Shown piece by piece: positions 40,257 to 48,041 of a stretch of 64,000 nucleotides of DNA. The stretch is from an uncultured Bacteroidaceae bacterium (lineage in GTDB: Bacteria; Bacillota; Clostridia; Christensenellales; CAG-917). The position numbers and the translations under genes were made by a program. Within the stretch, counting starts at the first letter, position 1, and every line of letters begins with the position of its first letter. Below the pieces are notes generated by a model. It ran no database searches and had not been told where the DNA came from. It saw only the letters and a list, made by a program, of their open reading frames with translations. The DNA is taken from contig CAZRHE010000001.1 in the NCBI GenBank assembly GCA_964599875.1, forward strand, positions 59,411-123,410. Reading direction: 5' to 3'.

Positions 40257-43115
40257 TTACTTACCTTCTTTTTTTGCTTTTTTGACTTGTTTTTTGTATT
40301 CTTTGTGTTTCTTTTGGGACGCTTTTTCTTCCTCGGTCTTTTTGCCGAAAACAATCTTCATGCCGCGCTTAATCGCATACGGAAGGATCGCTTTGAACTT
40401 GTCCTCACTGCGAACCATAGTAGAACATTCGGGATGTTCTCTGTGGAGGTGAATCGCGTCGAAATCGCACTTCGTGGTGCAGATACCGCAACCGATACAT
40501 TTGTTTTCGTCGACGACGCTTGCGCCGCAACCGAGGCAACGGGACGCTTCGATTTTGACTTGTTCTTCGGTGAGAGTGCCGTGGAGATCTCTAAAGGAGA
40601 ATTTATCTCCTTCGAGTTCTTTTGCCTCTTGTCTGCCCGCGGTGTCGTAACTGTCGATGACGAGGTTGTCCTTGTCGAGTTCGATGAATTGACGACGATT
40701 TCTGCCGATGGTCATGCTTGTGCCGGGTTGTACGAACCGATGGAGGGATACCGCCGCGTTCTTGCCTGCTTCGATTGCGTCGATTGCGAATTTAGGTCCG
40801 CTGTACACGTCGCCGCCAACGAAGATATCGGGTTCTGCGGTTTGATAAGTGAGGGAATCCGCGACGGGATAATTGCCGTGATGGAATTCCACTTTCGTGC
40901 CTTTAAGGAGATCTCCCCAAACGACGGATTGACCGATTGCGAAGATAACGTTTTCCGCATCCACGGTGATAACGTCGTTTTCGTCGTACTTCGGATTGAA
41001 TCTCTTGTTTGCGTCGATTACGCTGACGCATTTCTTGAACACGACTGCTTTAACTTTGCCGTTTTCGTCCTTGACGATTTCCTTGGAACCCCAACCGTTG
41101 TTGATTTCGATTCCGTCGCCGAGGGTTTCTTCGATTTCGAGTTTGCTTGCAGGCATGGTGTCGCGGGATTCGAGAGAATACATTGCGACGCTTTCGCTAC
41201 CAAGACGAATTGCGGTGCGCGCACAGTCTACCGCGACGTTGCCGCCACCGATGACTACGGTCTTGCCGCTCATCTTTCTATCGTGATTTTCGGTTGCGTC
41301 GTGGAGGAAAGATACCGCCATATCCGTGCCGATTGCGTCCTCTCCGACGATTCCGGGGAGTCTGCCGCCTTGGCAACCGATTGCGATATAGAACGCCTTG
41401 TAACCTTGTTCGCGGAGTTCGCTTATGGTGACGTCTTTGCCGACTTCTACGCCGCACTTGAATTCGACGCCGAGTTCGCGAAGAACGTCGATTTCCGCGT
41501 CGATGACGTCCTTTTCGAGTTTATAAGACGGGATTCCGTAGGTGAGCATGCCGCCGAGTTTTTCGTTCTTTTCAAAAACGGTAGGCTTGTAACCTTTGGT
41601 CGCAAGATAGTATGCGCAACTGAGTCCCGCGGGGCCTGCGCCGACGATTGCGATTTTCTCGCTCCATTGCTTGTCGACGTTGGACGGAATGACGATTTCG
41701 GGGATATATCTGGTTTCCGCGTGAAGGTCTTGTTCCGCGATGAACTTCTTGATATCGTCGATTGCGACCGCCTCGTCCACCTTGCCTCTGGTGCACGCGA
41801 TTTCGCAACGCTTGTTGCAAACGCGACCGCAGATTGCGGGGAACGGATTGTCCTTTTTGATGAGTGCGAGTGCTTCTCTATACTTGCCTTCTTTCGCCTT
41901 TCTTATGTAGCCTTGAACCGCTATGTGTGCAGGGCAAGCGACTTTACAGGGGGACGTGCCCGTATCGTAGCAGTTGATACGGTTGTTATCTCTGTAATCC
42001 TCGTCCCACTTATCTTCGCCCCAACTGAGATTGTCGGGAAGTTCGTGTTTGGGATATTTGACTTCGCCTTGCTTGGTGCAGAGTTTTTGACCGAGTTTGA
42101 CCGCGCCCGCGGGGCAAAATTCCACGCATTTTCCGCACGCCACGCATTTATCTTTTTCAACTTTGGCAACGTACGCGCTTCTGGACATGTTGGGAGTGTT
42201 GAAAAGTTGGGACGTTCTCAACGCGTTGCAGATATTGACGTTGCAGTTGCAGATTGCGAAAATCTTGTTTTGTCCGTCGATATTGGTGATTTGGTGCACG
42301 AAACCGTTCGCTTCTGCGTTGCGAAGGATTTGCATTGCCTCTTCGTAGGTTATGGAGCGACCTTTGCCCGTTTCCGCGCAGTAGTCCGCCATATCGCCTA
42401 TGCCGATACACCACTCTTCGCAACTGTCGCCGCAACCCTCGCCGAGTTTGGAACGACCGTAACGGCAGGAGCAAATGCCGACGCCGAGGTGTCCTTCATA
42501 CTTCTTAAGCCAATAGGATATGTGTTCGATATCGATAGTGCCGTTTTCCATCTCGATTGCCTTCTCGACGGGGATGACGTGCATACCGATTCCCGCGCCT
42601 CCGGGAGGAACCATAGGAGTGACCATGGTGAGAGGGAGATAAGTCATGCGCTCGAAGAACATGGCAAGTTCGGGATGCTCGTCGAGTTGTCTTTTTATCA
42701 TGTTCGTGAATTCCGCGGAGCCGGGGACGAACATCGGGAGGACGTAACGGCGTTCTCTCTTCGCTCCGGGGATGGGACCGTTGTCGTTGTAATTGTCGCC
42801 GTAGTCGTATTCGAGGATACCAATATTGCTCATTTCGGTGAGCAATTCTTGAAGTTTCTCGGGTTTTATATCGGGATTGAGAGCCTTCATTTCCTCAAAC
42901 GTGTAGTGATGACGGACTTTCATCGTAAGAGCGACGTCCGCCATTTCTTCGGTTATGACGCAAGCAAGTCCCCAATATTCGGGGTCGTTTGCGGTCACAC
43001 CGAGAATTTTGTGGTCGACGCAGTCGGTGATTTTTCTTGCCAATTTGAGAATCTTTTCGTTGGGATTCGGATCGCCCATGTATTTGGGGACGAACGCTTT
43101 ACTCATCTCAGCCAT
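40257..43115 (-). CDS. Multidomain Fe-S flavoprotein: Cys-rich N-terminal domain, 4Fe-4S ferredoxin domains, and a GltD-like NAD(P)H/FAD oxidoreductase core
   Basis: CVACGKCVEFCP and CIGCGICTTKCD cluster motifs. CKVACPAHIAVQGYI...CGRVCNKRCEIAC is GltD/SudA-like. Dinucleotide folds KIAIVGAGPAGLSCAY and VVIGGGNVAVDCART. Lys-rich C-terminal tail. Confidence 0.75.
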   Translation of the reverse strand: MAEMSKAFVPKYMGDPNPNEKILKLARKITDCVDHKILGVTANDPEYWGLACVITEEMADVALTMKVRHHYTFEEMKALNPDIKPEKLQELLTEMSNIGILEYDYGDNYNDNGPIPGAKRERRYVLPMFVPGSAEFTNMIKRQLDEHPELAMFFERMTYLPLTMVTPMVPPGGAGIGMHVIPVEKAIEMENGTIDIEHISYWLKKYEGHLGVGICSCRYGRSKLGEGCGDSCEEWCIGIGDMADYCAETGKGRSITYEEAMQILRNAEANGFVHQITNIDGQNKIFAICNCNVNICNALRTSQLFNTPNMSRSAYVAKVEKDKCVACGKCVEFCPAGAVKLGQKLCTKQGEVKYPKHELPDNLSWGEDKWDEDYRDNNRINCYDTGTSPCKVACPAHIAVQGYIRKAKEGKYREALALIKKDNPFPAICGRVCNKRCEIACTRGKVDEAVAIDDIKKFIAEQDLHAETRYIPEIVIPSNVDKQWSEKIAIVGAGPAGLSCAYYLATKGYKPTVFEKNEKLGGMLTYGIPSYKLEKDVIDAEIDVLRELGVEFKCGVEVGKDVTISELREQGYKAFYIAIGCQGGRLPGIVGEDAIGTDMAVSFLHDATENHDRKMSGKTVVIGGGNVAVDCARTAIRLGSESVAMYSLESRDTMPASKLEIEETLGDGIEINNGWGSKEIVKDENGKVKAVVFKKCVSVIDANKRFNPKYDENDVITVDAENVIFAIGQSVVWGDLLKGTKVEFHHGNYPVADSLTYQTAEPDIFVGGDVYSGPKFAIDAIEAGKNAAVSLHRFVQPGTSMTIGRNRRQFIELDKDNLVIDSYDTAGRQEAKELEGDKFSFRDLHGTLTEEQVKIEASRCLGCGASVVDENKCIGCGICTTKCDFDAIHLHREHPECSTMVRSEDKFKAILPYAIKRGMKIVFGKKTEEEKASQKKHKEYKKQVKKAKKEGK

Positions 43116-43788
43116 TGTACTTTTCTCCTTGTTGATAAAAATTGATTTGTTTTTTTATTTCGTTTTCAAGCGCGGCAATTCCCTCTCCCGTCTTTGCGCT
43201 TACGGGGAAAACGCGCGCGTTTTTATTGAGATTTAACACCCTTTCGCAGAACTTGTCCTCGTCGAAATCGAAAACTTCCGCAACGTCTATTTTCGTGAGT
43301 GCGACTATATCGCATTTTTCGAACATAAGCGGATATTTGAGCGGCTTATCATCCCCCTCGGGAATGGACAACAGCATCATATTGAAGTGCGCGCCCGTAT
43401 CGAATTCCGCAGGACATACGAGATTTCCTATGTTTTCAAGGACGATTAGGTCGGATTCGGGAAATTCCGCCCGCGTCAGCGCATCCGCCGTCATAGTCGC
43501 GTCTATATGGCACAGTCCGCCGTTGTGAATTTGCACGCTGTCCACCCCCGTTGCGTCCGCTATGCGTTTTGCGTCGAGGTCGGTTTCTATATCCACGTCC
43601 ATCGCAACGATTTTGAGGTCTGATTTCAAGTCGTTTATGAGCCTTGTAAGAAGCGTAGTCTTGCCGCTCCCCGGCGACGACATGACGTTCATCATGACCG
43701 TGCCGCGAGAAGTCAGGCTCCGGCGCAACTCCTCCGCCACTCTGTCGTTAGGCGCAAACACGCTTTCTTTCACGGATATTACTTTCAT
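43108..43788 (-). CDS. hypB: HypB-type nickel-metallochaperone GTPase (copy 2)
   Basis: SSPGSGKTTLL P-loop, GGLCHIDA (CH metal motif), ENIGNLVCPAEFDTG. Confidence 0.85.
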   Translation of the reverse strand: MKVISVKESVFAPNDRVAEELRRSLTSRGTVMMNVMSSPGSGKTTLLTRLINDLKSDLKIVAMDVDIETDLDAKRIADATGVDSVQIHNGGLCHIDATMTADALTRAEFPESDLIVLENIGNLVCPAEFDTGAHFNMMLLSIPEGDDKPLKYPLMFEKCDIVALTKIDVAEVFDFDEDKFCERVLNLNKNARVFPVSAKTGEGIAALENEIKKQINFYQQGEKYNG

Positions 43789-44462
43789 TGCGCGTCACCA
43801 AACCTTTCGACGTATTTCCCTACGAGATAGTCCGCAAGGGATTCTATTCCCTCTCCGCTCTTTGCGGAAGTTTCGAAGACGATTGCGGTCGGATTGAGTT
43901 TTGCTATATACTCCTTGCACTTCTCGACGTCGAAATCGAAATACTTTGCCGTATCCGTTTTCGTGATGACGACGACGTCGCAAGTCGAAAACGTAAGGGT
44001 GTATTTCAGGGGCTTGTCGTCCCCCTCCGTGACGGACAGCAACGCCATCTTCAAATGTGCGCCCGTATCGAATTCCGCAGGGCACACAAGATTGCCTATA
44101 TTTTCCAAAAACACGAGTTTAGCGTCCGTTTTGAACGCATTAAACCCTTGTCTTGACATATCCGCATCGAGATGACACATTCCGCCCGTATGAAGTTGAA
44201 TGGCGTCCGCACCCGCGTTTCTTATTCTATGCACGTCGGGGTCGCCGTCTATATCCGCCTCCATAACGCCCACCGAAACTCTCCTTTGAAGAATCGGAAT
44301 AAGGCTTTCGAGAAGAGTGGTTTTTCCGCTCCCCGGCGACGACATAACGTTGACGTAATACACGCCCTTTTCGTCCAACTCTCTACGCAAAACTTCGGCG
44401 TCTTCGTCGTTGTTTTCGAGGATACTTTTTTTGAGTTCGACAATTTCGTTCAAGTTCATCAT
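43785..44462 (-). CDS. hypB: HypB-type nickel-metallochaperone GTPase (copy 1)
   Basis: SSPGSGKTTLL, GGMCHLDA, ENIGNLVCPAEFDTG. ATGA-coupled to copy 2. Confidence 0.85.
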   Translation of the reverse strand: MMNLNEIVELKKSILENNDEDAEVLRRELDEKGVYYVNVMSSPGSGKTTLLESLIPILQRRVSVGVMEADIDGDPDVHRIRNAGADAIQLHTGGMCHLDADMSRQGFNAFKTDAKLVFLENIGNLVCPAEFDTGAHLKMALLSVTEGDDKPLKYTLTFSTCDVVVITKTDTAKYFDFDVEKCKEYIAKLNPTAIVFETSAKSGEGIESLADYLVGKYVERFGDAQ

Positions 44463-44500
44463 TATATGCTCTCTATTATTATATAATAACGTTGGACCGT

Positions 44501-44520
44501 AACAAAATTAAAATTTTGTT
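44501..44520. promoter_or_regulatory. Inverted repeat upstream of the hypB operon (candidate operator)
   Basis: AACAAAAT-TAAA-ATTTTGTT, 8-bp perfect arms, about 40-60 nt upstream of the hypB start. Confidence 0.3.
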
Positions 44521-44750
44521 ATAACTATCGTTATCTTGCGCCTTGCTATTGCAATCCGCCGTTCTTGTTGTAATACGGCATTCGAAAACCCTTGCAAGCA
44601 AGTTTTCTTATTTGTATTATATCACAAATAAAATATAACGCAATAGTAACTTAAGTTAACTTTAACTTTTTACAAAATTTTACACGCCCTGACCGCCGCA
44701 TTTTCAAACAGGTATAGCAAAGAAAATATCTCGTTCTGCAGAAATAACGT

Positions 44751-44779
44751 TTGATTTATATTTTTGAGTGCATTATACT
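44751..44779 (+). promoter_or_regulatory. Candidate promoter of the NERD gene
   Basis: TTGATT, 17 nt, TATACT, about 65 nt before the GTG start. Confidence 0.45.
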
Positions 44780-44844
44780 TGTCTTGACCAAGCAAAGAAC
44801 GGCTTAATTTTGTTCTAACGTATCAAACAAAAAGGGGGAATATC

Positions 44845-45573
44845 GTGGTAGCCATTATCGTCGCAGCAATCGTTTTGTTTATACTTGTTTTCATTCTTTC
44901 CGCTTATTTCAAAAGTTCGAAGTATCGCGGTAAATGCGGCGAAAAGAAAGTCAGACGCATAATAGGAAAAACTATCGACGGGGAACAATACGTTATAAAC
45001 GATTTAACTTTGAAACACGGTGAAATGACGTCGCAAATAGATCATATCGTTATAAACAGAAAGGGCGTTTTCGTCATAGAAACAAAAAATCGAGGCGGTG
45101 AAATCTACGGCACGGAACAACAACGAGAATGGACGCAAGTGCTATCATACGGAAGAACCAAAAACACGTTTTACAATCCCGTCAAACAAAATGCCACGCA
45201 CATTTACAACGTACGACAAATCATCGGGAATCTCCCCGTTCATTCGTTGGTGGTTTTCGTTCAAAACAACGTTCAACATATCGATTCCGAACATGTCATT
45301 CCCCTATCGAAATTGAAATATGCTCTTGCTTTCGGCAACGACGTTTTATCAAGCACGCAAATGGAAAACGCTTATATGAAATTACTATCGCAAAGAGCGG
45401 AAGTGTCAAACAAAGAACACATACGAAATATTAGAAAACAACAACTCGACATAGAGAAAGGCATTTGTCCGAGATGTGGCGGAAAATTAGTTTTGCGAAA
45501 CGGAAAATACGGAGAGTTTTGGGGTTGCTCGAACTACCCTAAATGCACGTTCAAAAAAAGGACGGATGAATAA
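44845..45573 (+). CDS. Membrane-anchored NERD-domain protein with a C-terminal topoisomerase-type zinc finger
   Basis: GTG start preceded by AAAGGGGGAA. N-terminal TM, NERD core QIDHIVINRKGVFVIETKN, and C-terminal CPRCGGKLVLRNGKYGEFWGCSNYPKC. Confidence 0.8.
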   Translation: MVAIIVAAIVLFILVFILSAYFKSSKYRGKCGEKKVRRIIGKTIDGEQYVINDLTLKHGEMTSQIDHIVINRKGVFVIETKNRGGEIYGTEQQREWTQVLSYGRTKNTFYNPVKQNATHIYNVRQIIGNLPVHSLVVFVQNNVQHIDSEHVIPLSKLKYALAFGNDVLSSTQMENAYMKLLSQRAEVSNKEHIRNIRKQQLDIEKGICPRCGGKLVLRNGKYGEFWGCSNYPKCTFKKRTDE

Positions 45574-45594
45574 TCAAGTCCAAATTTTCAAATT

Positions 45595-45623
45595 AAAAAC
45601 GGGCGGAGTGCCCGTTTTGATTT
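45595..45623. terminator. Bidirectional rho-independent terminator
   Basis: AAAAACGGGC-GGAGT-GCCCGTTTT between convergent genes. Confidence 0.75.
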
Positions 45624-45624
45624 G

Positions 45625-46311
45625 TCATACGATATGGATTATGCTTTCGTAAAGAGCGGTCTTTTTGTCAGTCAGGTCGCCGTCTTCGTGATAATGCCCG
45701 AAATACCAATGACCGTAATCCACTCTCTCCTCTATCTCCGTGAGCAAGGAGTTTTCGGGATAGGCTTTGAGATACTTGAAAGGCGTTTTGAGAGGGGGAT
45801 AATAAAGCGCCTTTTCGTCGCAGGCGTGCGTGATGACGAAATCAACTTTGTCGCCGTATTTCGCAAGGTTTTTGAAACCCTCCTCCAAATCCGCGTAAGT
45901 CGGCAATTCGTCCGCCCACCAACTTATCCCTTCCTCGCGAAAGCACTTATCCGTGCTGGTTGCGCCGCCGAGAGTGAAAAAGGTTTTGCCCTCGATTTCG
46001 TAGACCTGACCGCGCATGAGATGAATGACGGAATTCGACAATTTATGCACTTTTCCGCCCTGCCATTCTTCGACGAGATAAGAGGAGAGGATATCGAAAT
46101 TCTCGTGATTTCCGTCCACGAATAAGGTCGTGAAAGGAAGCCTTGAATAGGCGTCCAACCTGTTTTGCAAGTCCGCGGGATTCCACGCAACACCGCAATC
46201 CCCCGCGATAATCATATAGTCGTTTTTCGTCAAATCCTTCCTATCCGCCGCAAACTCTTCCAGTCTTGAAAAAGACAAGAGTCCGTGTACGTCCCCTGTT
46301 ACGTAAATCAT
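45625..46311 (-). CDS. Calcineurin-like metallophosphoesterase
   Basis: GDVHG, IIAGDCG, DGNHEN and ITHAC motifs in the canonical order. Confidence 0.8.
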   Translation of the reverse strand: MIYVTGDVHGLLSFSRLEEFAADRKDLTKNDYMIIAGDCGVAWNPADLQNRLDAYSRLPFTTLFVDGNHENFDILSSYLVEEWQGGKVHKLSNSVIHLMRGQVYEIEGKTFFTLGGATSTDKCFREEGISWWADELPTYADLEEGFKNLAKYGDKVDFVITHACDEKALYYPPLKTPFKYLKAYPENSLLTEIEERVDYGHWYFGHYHEDGDLTDKKTALYESIIHIV

Positions 46312-46452
46312 AATTACTCCTTTGAAACCTATATCGTTTCCCCTACGCCGCGCCGCAAGCGGAGGTGCTTTCCGTCCCTTGCGACGCGCAAATTCGATAT
46401 TTTAACCACCGTTTATATCATGATAAACAGCCGTTTTGTTCACTTCCGACGA

Positions 46453-48012
46453 TTATGCGATAGCGGTTTCGCCATCGAAATCGACGACTTCCGCCTCGTC
46501 AGTGCCGTCGTCGGGTTGAGGACCACGTGCGTAACGAATCGCAAGACGGTCGTTCTTCGCACGCAAGAATTCCGTGTTGTCGATAACCTTCTTTTTGTTG
46601 AGGTTATAGACGAAAGCAAACGCTACGACCACGAGCACCGCACCCACCAAGGGAAGTGCTATGGACAGTTTGAGCAAGTTGTCCGCGACTTCGGGAGTCG
46701 TCGCCTGATAGTTTTCAGCCTCGTATCCGACCCAGCCTGCCGCCGCCGCAACGAACGCCGCGCCTATACCCTGCGCCGCCTTTCTCACGAACGAATAAGT
46801 CGCGTATACGCTCGCCTCGTCGCGATTGCCGAATTCGTCTTCGCGAAGATAGGTAGCGAACATATTTTTGCCGTCCGCTTTGGTTGCTTTGACCTCTTGT
46901 TCGTCGACGCAGTCCGCCACCATAGACCAAGTGCCAAGGCTCAAAGGCGCGGTTGCGAATTGTCCTACGCCAAGGCAAAGCGCATATACCCACATTGCCC
47001 AACTTTCACGCGGGAACGGTATAAACAACATGACGATAAACACGACGATAGACAGCAAATTCGGCCACATTGCGATTTCCTTTTTGCCGTACTTTGCGGA
47101 CAGTTTGCCCATGAGCGGGATGAAGATGACCATAGGCGCCATCATCACTATGCTGACCATACCCGAACTCTCCGCGTCCCCGAAAAAGAGTTGGCAAACG
47201 AGCGGTAAAGTCGTCGAGTAAGACATTATGAAAACGAGTTGGCAAAAAGACGCCAAGCACATGCCGAGCGCGGCTCTGTTTTTCAAGAAGCGTTTCAGCA
47301 TTTCGAGATAACTGAATTTGACTTTGGGTTTTTCGACTTGCTCTTTCTCTTTAGTGAGGAAGCACGTCAACATAAAGCCCGCGATTGCGATTATCGAGCA
47401 AACGAGCGCAACCCATACGAACGCTTCGGGAATGACCGCTTGAATACCGGTCGCGGGGTCCTTGTCGCCGTAGATGAAGAAAGGCACTGCAACCATAAGG
47501 ATGAGCATTGCGACGCCCGCACCTATACTTCTTAAAGAAGACAGCATGGAGCGCTCGCTCGGGTCGTCCGTAAGCGCCGCGTTCAAAGAGCCGTAAGGCA
47601 CGTTTGCCGCAGTATACGCTATCGACCACACGCAGTACATAAGGAGCACGTATACGAACCTACCCCAGTACGAAAAACCTCTGACGTCTATGAAAAGCAG
47701 AGTCGTCGTGATTGCGATTGCAAACGCACTGAAGAATATCCACGGAATATATTTGCCGTGTTTTCCCGCCTTTCTCGCGTCTACGATTGCGCCGATGATA
47801 GGGTCGTTGATTGCGTCGAATATCTTCGACAGGATGACCAGCAAAGACCAGTGAATCATTTTGATTTCCAGTCCCTGCGTGACGAAAGTTATGAGGAAGG
47901 TGCCGATGAGTTGGAAACTCATATTGCAACCGAAATCCCCCATAGTATATCCGACGAGGTCTTTGATGCCTAATTTGCCGCTATTGGCTTTTGCGGTATT
48001 TTCTTTTTTCAT
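46453..48012 (-). CDS. Glycoside-pentoside-hexuronide (GPH):cation symporter family transporter
   Basis: GYTMGDFGCNMSFQLIGTFL is a GPH-type N-terminus, with 12 TM segments. Start chosen at the ATG at 48012 (GGAGAGAACA RBS). Confidence 0.8.
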   Translation of the reverse strand: MKKENTAKANSGKLGIKDLVGYTMGDFGCNMSFQLIGTFLITFVTQGLEIKMIHWSLLVILSKIFDAINDPIIGAIVDARKAGKHGKYIPWIFFSAFAIAITTTLLFIDVRGFSYWGRFVYVLLMYCVWSIAYTAANVPYGSLNAALTDDPSERSMLSSLRSIGAGVAMLILMVAVPFFIYGDKDPATGIQAVIPEAFVWVALVCSIIAIAGFMLTCFLTKEKEQVEKPKVKFSYLEMLKRFLKNRAALGMCLASFCQLVFIMSYSTTLPLVCQLFFGDAESSGMVSIVMMAPMVIFIPLMGKLSAKYGKKEIAMWPNLLSIVVFIVMLFIPFPRESWAMWVYALCLGVGQFATAPLSLGTWSMVADCVDEQEVKATKADGKNMFATYLREDEFGNRDEASVYATYSFVRKAAQGIGAAFVAAAAGWVGYEAENYQATTPEVADNLLKLSIALPLVGAVLVVVAFAFVYNLNKKKVIDNTEFLRAKNDRLAIRYARGPQPDDGTDEAEVVDFDGETAIA

Positions 48013-48041
48013 TGTTCTCTCCGTCATTTGTTTTGCTACGC

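Noticed and set aside
40245-43145. 966-aa ORF on the plus strand
   Set aside because: It lies exactly antisense to the 952-aa Fe-S flavoprotein gene, which has clear cofactor motifs and an RBS. The plus-strand product is low-complexity (F/V/D/R-rich) with no motif or RBS, so it is a shadow ORF.
46346-46388. Long GC-rich imperfect hairpin (GCGCGTCGCAAG...CTTGCGGCGCG on the minus strand) between the GPH and metallophosphoesterase genes
   Set aside because: I considered it as a terminator, but there is no U-tract. It may be an mRNA-stabilising or processing hairpin, but I have no evidence beyond the pairing.
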